This document shows positions 9,392 through 18,702 of a DNA stretch of 64,000 bases, piece by piece (within the stretch, counting starts at the first letter, position 1; the number at the start of each line of letters is the position of its first letter). Below the pieces are notes generated by a model that searched no databases, was not told where the DNA came from, and worked only from the letters and a program-made list of their open reading frames with translations. The position numbers were made by a program, and so were the translations under genes. This DNA is from a phage. The DNA is taken from the sequence record PZ296772.1; one strand, 5' to 3'.

Positions 9392-9709
9392 ATGATTAGT
9401 TTTGAGCGGTACGTGGTAGAGAGTTGGAATGGGTTTGATATGTTCGGTAATGACTATTATTTTTACGAATGTAATCTAAATCCTAGTTTTTGGGCTGGAC
9501 GTGAACGAGATCTCGAAGAAATTAATGCTCGTGCCGAATTGTTAGGTGAACTGCCTACAGTTTATTTTACATTTGATGAATCCGGCTTCGTTATCCAGGT
9601 TTATTTTCCTGAAGAAAACTCGGGTGAGGATTCTGTTAATCCTCCTTATTGGGCTTACCAAGGAATTATTTCTCGTGGAACAAAACTCGAACTTAAAGAA
9701 CAAGATTGA
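9392..9709 (+). CDS. hypothetical protein
   Basis: 105-aa ORF with RBS. Confidence 0.5.
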   Translation: MISFERYVVESWNGFDMFGNDYYFYECNLNPSFWAGRERDLEEINARAELLGELPTVYFTFDESGFVIQVYFPEENSGEDSVNPPYWAYQGIISRGTKLELKEQD

Positions 9710-9998
9710 AATTTATGGCATCCCTGAAGAAGTTGGACGTTGTCCAGGATGTTATACTGTTACAAAACTTTTAAAGGAGCTCAATGTTCCTTATACATTT
9801 TATAAAGTCCTCACTAATAATGGTAAGATTGAATACGACCGTCCTTTAATCGTATCTCTTGCTAAACGTGCAGGATTCACTTCACTTAATATTCGTTATC
9901 CTGTCATATTTTTAAATGATAAGAAACAAAAGAATATTGCAGAGTTTAAAAAGTCCTTGATTTCATTAGGATACGACTCTGATATCATAGAAGATTGA
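9675..9998 (+). CDS. nrdH: glutaredoxin-like protein (NrdH-like); start codon uncertain, possibly GTG
   Basis: IEIYGIPEEVGRCPGCY CxxC motif; no in-frame ATG outside the overlap with the upstream gene; GTG 9675 has aagga 10 nt upstream. Confidence 0.6.
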   Translation: MEQNSNLKNKIEIYGIPEEVGRCPGCYTVTKLLKELNVPYTFYKVLTNNGKIEYDRPLIVSLAKRAGFTSLNIRYPVIFLNDKKQKNIAEFKKSLISLGYDSDIIED

Positions 9999-10022
9999 CC
10001 AGGTGCCGCCTGGTCTTCTTTA
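9998..10022 (+). terminator. rho-independent terminator
   Basis: accagg-tgccg-cctggt hairpin then tcttcttt. Confidence 0.55.
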
Positions 10023-10164
10023 TCCTATTTCTAATATAATCCATTGGAATCTTCACTTCACTATCTCCTTGTGCCCCTCTCAAATCAAAAATATTTTTCA
10101 TAAAACAGTTTACATCCTCGATAGATGTGTTAAGATTAAACCAACTGCTATAGAGGAAAACAAA

Positions 10165-10347
10165 ATGACAATTGAAGATAAAGAAATTAAGGTTGACCAG
10201 TACTATTCTGTCAACGGTAACGCAGTACAGATAACCGGAGTTTCAAGCCTGGATGTTTGGTACCGTTCAATCAAATATCCAGAAATTGGTGAAATGCTTT
10301 GTGACCGTAGTATCTTCTGTTCAATTGCGAAGGAAATTAAGCCATGA
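10165..10347 (+). CDS. hypothetical protein
   Basis: 60 aa; RBS agagga before ATG 10165. Confidence 0.45.
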   Translation: MTIEDKEIKVDQYYSVNGNAVQITGVSSLDVWYRSIKYPEIGEMLCDRSIFCSIAKEIKP

Positions 10348-10592
10348 TTAGTTTAGATTCAAAGAAGGTTGTTCTAACCCTTAAAGTTAATGACGAGCAT
10401 CCGGTATTCATTACCATTTCCGATTTGCATGTTGAAATTGCTAATGGCGTTCGTACTTATCAAGCAAATAAAACTCATTGGGACTATATCCCAATGTTGA
10501 CGCTTACTCAGCGTTTAGAATCAATCGGTCTTAAAGACCTTTCAGTAAGTGAAGTGAATTTTATCAAACGCATTGTATCAATCAACCTCTGA
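10344..10592 (+). CDS. hypothetical protein
   Basis: 82-aa ORF coupled to upstream gene. Confidence 0.5.
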   Translation: MISLDSKKVVLTLKVNDEHPVFITISDLHVEIANGVRTYQANKTHWDYIPMLTLTQRLESIGLKDLSVSEVNFIKRIVSINL

Positions 10593-10599
10593 GGTACTT

Positions 10600-10893
10600 A
10601 TGGGTAAAACATATCGTCGTAAAGATTTGAAAGTTCGCGATTACGACTATTTTGGTAAGCGTAAAGCTCCTGACGGTGTTAGCCACAAAGACATGGTTGA
10701 AAACATCTTCCGCTCAGATAAATGGAAACGTATGAAAGGTGTTGATTCTGAAGTCAAGAACGAAATGAATCGACAACTCCGCAAAGAAGTTCGTAAGTTG
10801 AAAAAAGATGTTTACAGTAAAGAAGATTATGATTATAATACTTCTCATACTGAAGCCAAACGTAAAGCTAACGAATGTTATCGTTACAGTTGA
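10600..10893 (+). CDS. hypothetical basic protein
   Basis: 97 aa, Lys/Arg rich; gagg RBS. Confidence 0.5.
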   Translation: MGKTYRRKDLKVRDYDYFGKRKAPDGVSHKDMVENIFRSDKWKRMKGVDSEVKNEMNRQLRKEVRKLKKDVYSKEDYDYNTSHTEAKRKANECYRYS

Positions 10894-10900
10894 GGAAATT

Positions 10901-11032
10901 ATGAATATCAAACGCTGGCTTTTTAAGCAAGGGTTCTACACTTTAAATTCTGCTCCAAAAGGCGATACAACTAAGTGGTCAGTAAATGACTGGATTAAAT
11001 TTATTGATGAAAACGGTAACTGGAAAATTTAA
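10901..11032 (+). CDS. hypothetical small protein
   Basis: 43 aa; gaggaaatt RBS. Confidence 0.4.
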   Translation: MNIKRWLFKQGFYTLNSAPKGDTTKWSVNDWIKFIDENGNWKI

Positions 11033-11233
11033 ATGAATCCTGAAAATATTGTGTCATGGCAACTTCGTGAAGAACGTGCAGAATTCTTTGCCAATATGAA
11101 ACTCAACGGCGTTGAGGATGAAGACTTCTTACGTTGGTTCTGGATTTACAAATACAAAGAATGCCAGCACGCTGTACTACTGACTTGTGCAGTTATGTAC
11201 GAAGGCTGGAAAGGCGCTAAAAAGTTCGGTTAA
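11033..11233 (+). CDS. hypothetical protein
   Basis: 66-aa ORF. Confidence 0.45.
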   Translation: MNPENIVSWQLREERAEFFANMKLNGVEDEDFLRWFWIYKYKECQHAVLLTCAVMYEGWKGAKKFG

Positions 11234-11235
11234 TA

Positions 11236-11274
11236 ATGTACAACGATAGGAAGACATGTTATTATCTTCCTATC
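11236..11274 (+). promoter_or_regulatory. early promoter with flanking stem-loop (PeSL-like cassette)
   Basis: tgtaca -35, tattat -10, bracketed by 10-bp inverted repeat gataggaaga / tcttcctatc. Confidence 0.6.
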
Positions 11275-11296
11275 GTCTTAAAATGAGGAAAATATC

Positions 11297-11536
11297 ATGG
11301 CCCAAGAATTAGATTTTATCAAATTCAAAAAACACCTCGACGTTAAAATTGGGGATTCAATTGTTAGGATTGAGTATGACATTTTAACAGATGCTATTAC
11401 TGTTAGTTGTGATGGAAATAGTTTCAGCTTCGATACAACCGAAAACAAATACCCAATCTATAAAGGCATCTTTGATATGGGTGTTGATATCACTCCACGT
11501 GATACAAATTACTTACTTTTCATGCTTAAAAAATAA
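11297..11536 (+). CDS. hypothetical protein
   Basis: 79 aa; gaggaaaat RBS. Confidence 0.5.
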   Translation: MAQELDFIKFKKHLDVKIGDSIVRIEYDILTDAITVSCDGNSFSFDTTENKYPIYKGIFDMGVDITPRDTNYLLFMLKK

Positions 11537-11601
11537 TATACAACTCTTGAGAGATGAGTATAATTCTCTAGTTGGATAATAAAATAACCGAGGAAAATAA
11601 T

Positions 11602-11934
11602 ATGTCTACTAAAATCAAAAACGTAGTTAATTCTTTCGCTTTCGATAAAGTTGTTGCTCTTCTGGAATCCGGCAATATTGTTACTCCTCAAGTTCTTGAC
11701 GCGTGGGAATTCCGTCTTTATGAAATCATGCAAAAACATGGCCAGAAAATTGGACGTAATTCTATTCGCGAAATTCTAGTACAATATATTCTTTCTGAAT
11801 TTGACGTTGCTGCATTTGGTGTTGAATCTAAAGCTTATCAGAAACATGAAATCTCTGAAAAGACTATCCGTCGTATGAAAAATCAACGTAAGAAAAAATT
11901 CGTTGACCTGAAAATTGTTAAGGCGGTAAAATGA
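11602..11934 (+). CDS. hypothetical protein
   Basis: 110 aa; gaggaaaat RBS; basic C-terminus. Confidence 0.5.
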   Translation: MSTKIKNVVNSFAFDKVVALLESGNIVTPQVLDAWEFRLYEIMQKHGQKIGRNSIREILVQYILSEFDVAAFGVESKAYQKHEISEKTIRRMKNQRKKKFVDLKIVKAVK

Positions 11935-12158
11935 GCGTATTAACAGAAACTTTGATTAATGACCTGCGTCTAGCTGGTTACGAAGTTGGTACAAATAGCC
12001 TAGGTCTTCCTCAGATTGAAGGTCCTGGATTTATTCTAGAATATGAATTCAAACAATGGTGGTTATATGCTACGGTTGACGATGCGTTGAATATTGATTT
12101 CGTTGACCAATTTGATTCGCTGGATGCTGCTCTTGAAGCAGCAAAGGAACTAGAATGA
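11931..12158 (+). CDS. hypothetical protein
   Basis: 75-aa acidic ORF, coupled. Confidence 0.5.
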   Translation: MSVLTETLINDLRLAGYEVGTNSLGLPQIEGPGFILEYEFKQWWLYATVDDALNIDFVDQFDSLDAALEAAKELE

Positions 12159-12424
12159 AATTAACTCGAATCAGTATAACTGAAGAAAAGCTTGGCGAAT
12201 TTTATGTTGACGAATACATGAAAGTCACGTATTTTCCATTCGTTAAAGGTGTTGGTTTTTGGGAAACTCATGTATCTCAATTAAACGAAGGCGACTATAA
12301 CGAAACACATGAGAACTTTTTAGATTTTCTTTATAATGCCGGTCTTACTGAGCTTTATATCGATATCCATGAGTTCAAACGTTTAATGGAAAAAGTGTTT
12401 CAGGCTTATTGTTTGCTCCGATAG
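12155..12424 (+). CDS. hypothetical protein
   Basis: 89-aa ORF, coupled. Confidence 0.5.
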   Translation: MKLTRISITEEKLGEFYVDEYMKVTYFPFVKGVGFWETHVSQLNEGDYNETHENFLDFLYNAGLTELYIDIHEFKRLMEKVFQAYCLLR

Positions 12425-12431
12425 TATCTCG

Positions 12432-12475
12432 TGCTTTAAGATAGGTCTCTAAATATTATGATATAATAGACCTAT
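12432..12475 (+). promoter_or_regulatory. promoter region upstream of gene 55: MotA-box-like tgcttta plus -10 flanked by inverted repeat
   Basis: tgcttta at 12432-12438; tataat 12462-12467 bracketed by ataggtct / agacctat. Confidence 0.5.
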
Positions 12476-12496
12476 GAATTGAGCCAAGAGGTACTT

Positions 12497-13054
12497 ATGA
12501 CTGAACAAAAACCTAAAAATAACTATGTGAATAATAAAGAGCTTCTCGCCGCTATAATCGAGTGGAAAAAGGAGCTCTTAAATAATAAAGACCCAAACAA
12601 AATTATTCGTCAGAATGATACCATCGGTTTAGCAATTATGCTTATCGCCGAAGGCCTGTCCAAACGTTTCAACTTTTCAGGATATACCCAGTCTTGGAAG
12701 CAGGAGATGATTGCAGATGGGATTGAAGCCTCTATTAAGGGACTTCATAATTTCGACGAAACTAAGTACAATAACCCACATGCATACATAACTCGAGCTT
12801 GTTTTAATGCTTTTGTCCAACGTATCAAAAAAGAACGTAAGGAAGTTGCAAAGAAATATAGTTACTTCGTTCATAATGTCTACGACAGTCATGACGATGA
12901 TATGGTAGCGTTGGTAGATGAAACGTTTATTCAAGACATCTACGATAAAATGACGCATTATGAAGAATCCGCTTATAAAGCTCCTGGGGCTGAAAAGAAG
13001 GAAGTTGTTAGCGATTCGCCTAGTTTGGATTTTTTATATGAGGATGACAATTGA
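12497..13054 (+). CDS. 55: late-transcription sigma factor gp55
   Basis: [13 protein letters not shown]...[39 protein letters not shown] matches T4 gp55 from memory; aagagg RBS before ATG 12497. Confidence 0.9.
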   Translation: MTEQKPKNNYVNNKELLAAIIEWKKELLNNKDPNKIIRQNDTIGLAIMLIAEGLSKRFNFSGYTQSWKQEMIADGIEASIKGLHNFDETKYNNPHAYITRACFNAFVQRIKKERKEVAKKYSYFVHNVYDSHDDDMVALVDETFIQDIYDKMTHYEESAYKAPGAEKKEVVSDSPSLDFLYEDDN

Positions 13055-13253
13055 CATCTCTAACTACTTAGAAGAACCTTTTGACGAAGCAATCCCTTAT
13101 TTGGTAAAACTGTTGGGTCGTGAATTTAAAATTAATTTTGACATCGACCCTTTGAACCCACATGACGTGTCATTTTCGATAAATGGGACTCCGGTTGAGT
13201 ATGAGTTCTGTATTGAAGAGGATGGACGTTTTTATTTTAATTTAATGAGATAA
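13038..13253 (+). CDS. hypothetical protein
   Basis: about 70-aa ORF overlapping end of gene 55. Confidence 0.4.
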   Translation: MRMTIDISNYLEEPFDEAIPYLVKLLGREFKINFDIDPLNPHDVSFSINGTPVEYEFCIEEDGRFYFNLMR

Positions 13254-13254
13254 T

Positions 13255-13578
13255 ATGACTACCGAGATTATTGAAAATAAAGAAGCAGAAGATGCAGTAG
13301 CTAAAATGCTACAAGAAATCCAAAAGAAAAATGAAGCTGAAGCACGTAAAAAATCCGAAAAGATTCTTAAAAAGAATCGTTTTGAACTAAACCGTCTTTA
13401 TGCTCATGCTCAAGAAGCAGCAATTCAAAACAACTTCGAAGCTTACGAATATGCTATTAAGAAATCTCGGGATATTCTACGACAACCATATAATGACAAG
13501 TTAATTAAAATCCAGTGGGTTACTACTCGTCAGGCTATTGAGGACATCATTAATGGCGCTAGTTCAAACAAAGTTTAA
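13255..13578 (+). CDS. hypothetical coiled-coil protein
   Basis: 107 aa, Lys/Glu-rich helical. Confidence 0.5.
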   Translation: MTTEIIENKEAEDAVAKMLQEIQKKNEAEARKKSEKILKKNRFELNRLYAHAQEAAIQNNFEAYEYAIKKSRDILRQPYNDKLIKIQWVTTRQAIEDIINGASSNKV

Positions 13579-13759
13579 ACGATTGAAGCTGAACGCAGGG
13601 TTCACCCTTAAATTGGGAGGTCCTCTTTGTGTTAAAATCTCTGAAAAGGAATATCACGACAGTTCTATTACAGAAATTTGTCCACCTATTGTAAAGGCAG
13701 ACCCAAAACAACTCGTGTGGGTTGATTCATTTCAAGTTAAGAAATGGTGGAAACGATGA
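13553..13759 (+). CDS. hypothetical protein
   Basis: 68-aa ORF from ATG 13553. Confidence 0.4.
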   Translation: MALVQTKFKRLKLNAGFTLKLGGPLCVKISEKEYHDSSITEICPPIVKADPKQLVWVDSFQVKKWWKR

Positions 13760-13798
13760 GAGAAATCGATTTAGGCATTTTCTGAGAGGTGATTATGC

Positions 13799-13972
13799 AT
13801 GACGAACATCCCGACTTCTGAAAATTTCGATAAAATCCGTAAAGGCAAAGCAGAAAGAATGAGACGTTTTAAAGAGTCTTATGATAAAGCTAAAGCCGAA
13901 GGAACTATTACGTACAAGCCCATTCGATTTAAAAGTTCAAATGAGCCTCTGTACGGTGTACTATGTGGATAG
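13799..13972 (+). CDS. hypothetical small protein (below ORF-track cutoff)
   Basis: 57-aa ORF MTNIPTSENFDKIRKGKAERMRRF...; ends at terminator hairpin. Confidence 0.35.
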   Translation: MTNIPTSENFDKIRKGKAERMRRFKESYDKAKAEGTITYKPIRFKSSNEPLYGVLCG

Positions 13973-13996
13973 GAACTCTTCGGAGTTCCTTTTTTG
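13971..13996 (+). terminator. rho-independent terminator
   Basis: aggaactc-ttcg-gagttcct hairpin plus tttttt. Confidence 0.7.
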
Positions 13997-14018
13997 CTTT
14001 ATAAACGGATGATAGAAT
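13993..14018 (+). promoter_or_regulatory. MotA-dependent middle promoter for gene 47
   Basis: MotA box tttgcttta, 11-bp gap, -10 tagaat; 24 bp before ATG. Confidence 0.6.
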
Positions 14019-14041
14019 GAATTAACTAATGAGGAAATAAT

Positions 14042-15061
14042 ATGAAAATTTTGCACTTAGGCGACTTCCATATCGGAGTCAAACAAGACGACCCATGGGT
14101 TCAAGATATTCAACGTGATGGTATTCGTCAAGCAATTGAATACTCTAAGAAACACGGGATTAAAACTTGGATTCAGTACGGCGATTGGTTTGACGTCCGT
14201 AAAGCAATAACACATCGTACAATGGAATTCAATCGTGAAATCGTTGATATGATTTCTAAAGCAGGCATTCACGTTCATGTCACGATAGGAAACCATGACA
14301 TGGCGTTTAAGAATACAATAACACCTAACACTGTTTCTGAATTGTTAACTCAATTTGAAAACTTTACTATTTACGAGCGTCCGACTACTGTAGATTTTGA
14401 CGGATGTCTGATTGATATCGTTCCATGGATGTGTGAAGAAAATACAGGTGAAATCTTAGAGCACATCAAGACTTCTTCCGCAGCGTATTGTGTTGGGCAC
14501 TGGGAACTGAACGGCTTTTATTTCTATAAAGGAATGAAGTCTCATGGGCTTGAACCTGATTTCTTAAAGACCTATAAACAAGTCTGGTCCGGCCACTTCC
14601 ACACAATCTCTGAAGCTGCTAACGTCAAATATATTGGGACACCATGGACCCTTACTGCAGGCGATGAGAACGACCCACGCGGATTCTGGGTATTTGACAC
14701 TGATGTTGAACGTATGGAATTTATTCCTAATGAAACAACATGGCATCGACGAATCACTTATCCGTTTAAAGGCAAAATCAATTATTCTGATTATACTAAT
14801 CTAGCCGTACGTGTTATAGTATCAGAAATTGATTCAGAGTTGACTAAGTTTGAATCTGAACTTGAAAAAGTAGTTCACTCTCTTCGTATGGTTTCTAAAG
14901 TTGATAACAGTGTTGAATCTGATGATGACCAGGAAATCGAGATTAAATCACTTCAAGATATCATTAAAGAATATATTGACGCGATTCCAGATATCTCAGA
15001 CGAAGACAGAGAAGCGCTGGTCAAATATTCCAACGAACTTTATATTGAGGCAACACAATGA
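14042..15061 (+). CDS. 47: recombination nuclease subunit gp47 (Mre11/SbcD-like)
   Basis: 339 aa; phosphoesterase motifs LGDFH, GDWFD, GNHD, GHFH. Confidence 0.9.
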   Translation: MKILHLGDFHIGVKQDDPWVQDIQRDGIRQAIEYSKKHGIKTWIQYGDWFDVRKAITHRTMEFNREIVDMISKAGIHVHVTIGNHDMAFKNTITPNTVSELLTQFENFTIYERPTTVDFDGCLIDIVPWMCEENTGEILEHIKTSSAAYCVGHWELNGFYFYKGMKSHGLEPDFLKTYKQVWSGHFHTISEAANVKYIGTPWTLTAGDENDPRGFWVFDTDVERMEFIPNETTWHRRITYPFKGKINYSDYTNLAVRVIVSEIDSELTKFESELEKVVHSLRMVSKVDNSVESDDDQEIEIKSLQDIIKEYIDAIPDISDEDREALVKYSNELYIEATQ

Positions 15062-15315
15062 CTTTAGATGAATTTAACAATGCTGGGCTCGGGCTTGAAG
15101 TTGAAATAGACGTTAAAGATGATGATGGATTCGAGAACACCATCAAGTATTGGATTGAGCCATTACGCGTTGAAGGCAATGAAGTTAAAGCAGTTCATGT
15201 CTGCACCGACTGGGCTATTGAATTTAGCTTTAATATAATGGACAACGATACTCCCGGCTCTATTCTTAAAATGGCTGAAGCGTGTATCGAGGATGCGTAT
15301 AATGACGAAGACTGA
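15058..15315 (+). CDS. hypothetical acidic protein
   Basis: 85-aa ORF coupled to gene 47. Confidence 0.5.
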   Translation: MTLDEFNNAGLGLEVEIDVKDDDGFENTIKYWIEPLRVEGNEVKAVHVCTDWAIEFSFNIMDNDTPGSILKMAEACIEDAYNDED

Positions 15316-15541
15316 TTATAAAATCCATCGTCATGAATTTAGTATTGGTGACGGTTATATTGGTATCGTTGAATGGACTGAGAATTACGAGGAATCAACT
15401 CCTCGTTTCTTTGGAACAATGTATGTTACCTGTGAGTACGCACCAGGTGTTGTTATGTATGCAGAACTAGATGAATATTTTGCTGATAGAGATGACATGT
15501 TAAAATATGTAGAGGACTTCATTCGAAGAGAATACATATGA
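15293..15541 (+). CDS. hypothetical protein
   Basis: 82-aa ORF; ends overlapping gene 46 start. Confidence 0.5.
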   Translation: MRIMTKTDYKIHRHEFSIGDGYIGIVEWTENYEESTPRFFGTMYVTCEYAPGVVMYAELDEYFADRDDMLKYVEDFIRREYI

Positions 15542-17226
15542 AATCATTTAAATTAAATCGTGTTCGTTATCAAAACATCATGTCGGTAGGTGGGAATCCT
15601 ATTGATATCCAATTAGATAAAGTCCAAAAGACATTAATCACCGGTAAAAACGGCGGTGGTAAATCTACGATGTTAGAAGCCATTACTTTCGGACTTTTCG
15701 GTAAACCATTTCGTGATGTTAAGAAAGGACAAATCATTAACAGCACGAATAAGAAAGAGCTCTTAGTTGAGCTTTGGATGGAATTCGATGATAAAAAATA
15801 CTTCATTAAACGCGGCCAAAAGCCCAATATTTTCGAAATCTCCGTTGACGGTGTTCGTCTTGATGAATCTGCCAGCAGTCGGGACTTCCAAGAAGAATTT
15901 GAACGTAGCATCGGAATGTCATACGCGTCTTTTAAACAAATCGTTGTGCTTGGGACGGCAGGGTATACCCCTTTCATGGCTCTTAGCACCCCTGCTCGTA
16001 GAAAACTTGTCGAAGACCTTTTAGAAGTCGGCACACTCGCTGAAATGGATAAAATCAATAAGTCTCAAGTTCGAGAACTTAATTCCCAGGGACAAGTTCT
16101 AGATGCCAAGAAAGATGGTATTATCCAACAAATTAAGATTTATAACGAGAATATTGAACGTCAAAAGAAATTATCTGGTGATAATGTAGCGCGTCTACAG
16201 AATATGTATGACGATCTAGCCAAAGAAGCTCGTTCATTAAAAGCAGAAATCGAAGAAGCTAATGAGCGACTACTTAATATCGTTCTTGATGAAGACCCTA
16301 CTGAGGCATTCAACAAGATCGGACAAGAAGCATTCTTGATTAAATCTAAAATTGACTCATATAACAAAGTTATTAAGATGTATCATGATGGCGGTACATG
16401 TCCTACTTGTGCATCACAGTTGCACCAGGGTGATCCTATTGTCTCTAAGATTACCGATAAGCTTCACGAATGTAATCACTCATTCGAGCAACTTACATGT
16501 CACAGAGATAATCTGAGTGTCCTAGTGGACGAATATAGAGCTAATGTTAAGACTAAACAGGACCTTGCATCTGATATTCGTACCAAGAAACAAGCAATGA
16601 TTGCCACTATTGATAAAGCTAAGAAAGTTAAAGCTGCAATAGAGCAAGCCTCAGCAGAATTTATCGACCATGCTGATGAGATAGCTTTGCTTCAAAAAGA
16701 ACTTGATAAAATCATTAAAACAAAATCAGACATCGTTCTTGAAAAATACCATCGTGGTATTATCACAGATATGTTAAAAGATTCTGGTATTAAAGGTGCT
16801 ATCATTAAAAAATATGTGCCTTTGTTCAACAAGCAGATTAACCATTATCTTAAAATCATGGAAGCTGATTACGTGTTTTCTATTGACGAAGAATTCAATG
16901 AATCTATAAAATCACGTGGTCGTGAAGACTTTAGTTATGCTTCATTTAGTCAAGGTGAAAAGGCCCGTATCGATATCGCACTGTTGTTTACATGGCGAGA
17001 TATTGCTGAAAAGGTCTCTGGTGTTAAAATCAACACTCTGATTCTTGATGAGGTTTTTGATGGTGCTGTCGATTCTGAGGCTGTTAAGGCTATAGATACC
17101 ATCCTTGGTAGTTTACAAAATACTAATGTGTTCATTATCTCTCATCGAGATCATGACCCTCAACGTTATGGACAACATCTTCAAATGAGCAAAGTTGGAC
17201 GATTTACTGTAATGACTGTTTCATAA
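15538..17226 (+). CDS. 46: recombination nuclease subunit gp46 (Rad50/SbcC-like ATPase)
   Basis: 562 aa; Walker A GKNGGGKST, zinc hook CPTC, signature SFSQGEKARID, Walker B LILDEVFDG. Confidence 0.92.
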   Translation: MKSFKLNRVRYQNIMSVGGNPIDIQLDKVQKTLITGKNGGGKSTMLEAITFGLFGKPFRDVKKGQIINSTNKKELLVELWMEFDDKKYFIKRGQKPNIFEISVDGVRLDESASSRDFQEEFERSIGMSYASFKQIVVLGTAGYTPFMALSTPARRKLVEDLLEVGTLAEMDKINKSQVRELNSQGQVLDAKKDGIIQQIKIYNENIERQKKLSGDNVARLQNMYDDLAKEARSLKAEIEEANERLLNIVLDEDPTEAFNKIGQEAFLIKSKIDSYNKVIKMYHDGGTCPTCASQLHQGDPIVSKITDKLHECNHSFEQLTCHRDNLSVLVDEYRANVKTKQDLASDIRTKKQAMIATIDKAKKVKAAIEQASAEFIDHADEIALLQKELDKIIKTKSDIVLEKYHRGIITDMLKDSGIKGAIIKKYVPLFNKQINHYLKIMEADYVFSIDEEFNESIKSRGREDFSYASFSQGEKARIDIALLFTWRDIAEKVSGVKINTLILDEVFDGAVDSEAVKAIDTILGSLQNTNVFIISHRDHDPQRYGQHLQMSKVGRFTVMTVS

Positions 17227-17227
17227 A

Positions 17228-17262
17228 CGCTTTAACACGATGTGGTTATAATGACCACATCA
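17228..17262 (+). promoter_or_regulatory. candidate middle promoter with -10 embedded in perfect inverted repeat
   Basis: cgcttta MotA-box-like, 12-bp gap, tataat; atgtggt / accacat arms flank the -10. Confidence 0.45.
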
Positions 17263-17280
17263 AATTAAATGGAGAACAAC

Positions 17281-17469
17281 ATGGAGTATTCAACTGGCCA
17301 ACATCTTCTCGTTGTCCCTGAAATTAAAAAATATGTTTTGACCAATACGTTTTCAGGTGAAGAACATATTGTTACTGAACAAATGCTCAAATCTGCTTTT
17401 AAAGATGAGTATAATAAAATAATGTCTAATCGCAATTCCGCCTGGACAGTTACCGACTTCTACGAATAA
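17281..17469 (+). CDS. hypothetical protein
   Basis: 62 aa; ggag RBS 6 nt before ATG 17281. Confidence 0.5.
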   Translation: MEYSTGQHLLVVPEIKKYVLTNTFSGEEHIVTEQMLKSAFKDEYNKIMSNRNSAWTVTDFYE

Positions 17470-17481
17470 GAGAGAAATAAT

Positions 17482-17898
17482 ATGTTTACTACTGCTAAAG
17501 GTTTCACTGCTGCTGATCTGAAAGTTACTTCTATCCGTACTGACGTTAACCCACATAACCATAATCGTGTTCGTAAAGCATGGGTCCTGCATTGTGATGA
17601 CGCAAGTGCTAAAAAACTTCAATCTTTGCCACAAGAAACTCGTTTTATGATTTATGGTTTTATTGATAACGATGTATCTGATATGTGGATTCATCTGATG
17701 CGTAAGCACTATAAAGATTCTATTGAAGCTGGCGGAAAAATCGTTCTTGATAAAGACGGTTCTGAGCGTCTGGAAGATTTATATTGTGTTGATGCAGACG
17801 AACAACTAATTGCAGCTGGCGAAATTGTTGCTTCTAAAATTCCAGAATATATTGAATCATTGCCTGAAGCTATTAAAAAGCAGATGGTTGCTGCATAA
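17482..17898 (+). CDS. rpbA: RNA polymerase-binding protein RpbA (positional assignment)
   Basis: 138-aa ORF in the conserved slot between 46 and 45. Confidence 0.6.
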   Translation: MFTTAKGFTAADLKVTSIRTDVNPHNHNRVRKAWVLHCDDASAKKLQSLPQETRFMIYGFIDNDVSDMWIHLMRKHYKDSIEAGGKIVLDKDGSERLEDLYCVDADEQLIAAGEIVASKIPEYIESLPEAIKKQMVAA

Positions 17899-17940
17899 TA
17901 AATTTGTTATAAACTTTGAATTGTCTTGAAAGGAAATAAA

Positions 17941-18627
17941 ATGAAACTGTCTAAAGATACTATTGCTATTCTGAAAAACTTTGCCTCTATTAACTCCGGT
18001 ATTCTGCTGAGTCAAGGTAAATTTATTATGACTCGTGCAGTTAATGGCACTACTTATGCGGAAGCAAATATCTCTGATGAAATTGATTTTGACGTAGCAC
18101 TTTATGATTTGAATAGCTTCTTAAGCATTTTGAGTCTAGTGTCTGATGATGCTGAAATTTCAATGCACACTGATGGTAATATTAAAATTGCAGATACACG
18201 TTCCACAGTTTATTGGCCTGCCGCTGACAAGAGCACTATTGTTTTTCCTAATAAGCCAATTCAATTCCCAGTGGCTTCTGTGATTACTGAAATTAAAGCC
18301 GAAGACCTTCAACAATTGCTTCGAGTTTCACGTGGTCTTCAGATTGATACAATTGCTATTACAAATAAAGATGGTAAAATTGTTATCAATGGCTATAATA
18401 AAGTTGAAGATTCAGGACTAACTCGTCCTAAGTATTCTTTGACTCTTACCGATTATGATGGTTCTAACAACTTTAACTTCGTAATCAATATGGCTAATAT
18501 GAAAATCCAGCCAGGTAACTATAAAGTAATGCTGTGGGGAGCCGGTGATAAAGTTGCAGCCAAGTTTGAAAGCTCTCAAGTAAGTTATATTATTGCGATG
18601 GAAGCCGATTCTACCCACGACTTCTAA
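17941..18627 (+). CDS. 45: sliding clamp gp45
   Basis: MKLSKDT...FIMTRAVNGTTYAEANISD...ADSTHDF matches T4 gp45 from memory. Confidence 0.93.
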   Translation: MKLSKDTIAILKNFASINSGILLSQGKFIMTRAVNGTTYAEANISDEIDFDVALYDLNSFLSILSLVSDDAEISMHTDGNIKIADTRSTVYWPAADKSTIVFPNKPIQFPVASVITEIKAEDLQQLLRVSRGLQIDTIAITNKDGKIVINGYNKVEDSGLTRPKYSLTLTDYDGSNNFNFVINMANMKIQPGNYKVMLWGAGDKVAAKFESSQVSYIIAMEADSTHDF

Positions 18628-18702
18628 GTCAAAGCTTTACGTTTAATGTAGTACGATTATGGAGGAGAAATCCTCCAGTTTAATGATAATGAGGAAAATT
18701 AC

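Noticed and set aside
9546-9998. Longer ATG-initiated version of the nrdH-like ORF
   Set aside because: Would overlap the upstream gene by 160 nt with a hydrophobic junk N-terminus; a start near 9675 is more plausible
15570-16058. 162-aa antisense ORF inside gene 46, and other track ORFs antisense to 47, 44, 41, uvsX, rIIA, 39 and 52
   Set aside because: All are embedded antisense in conserved genes without start signals; treated as spurious
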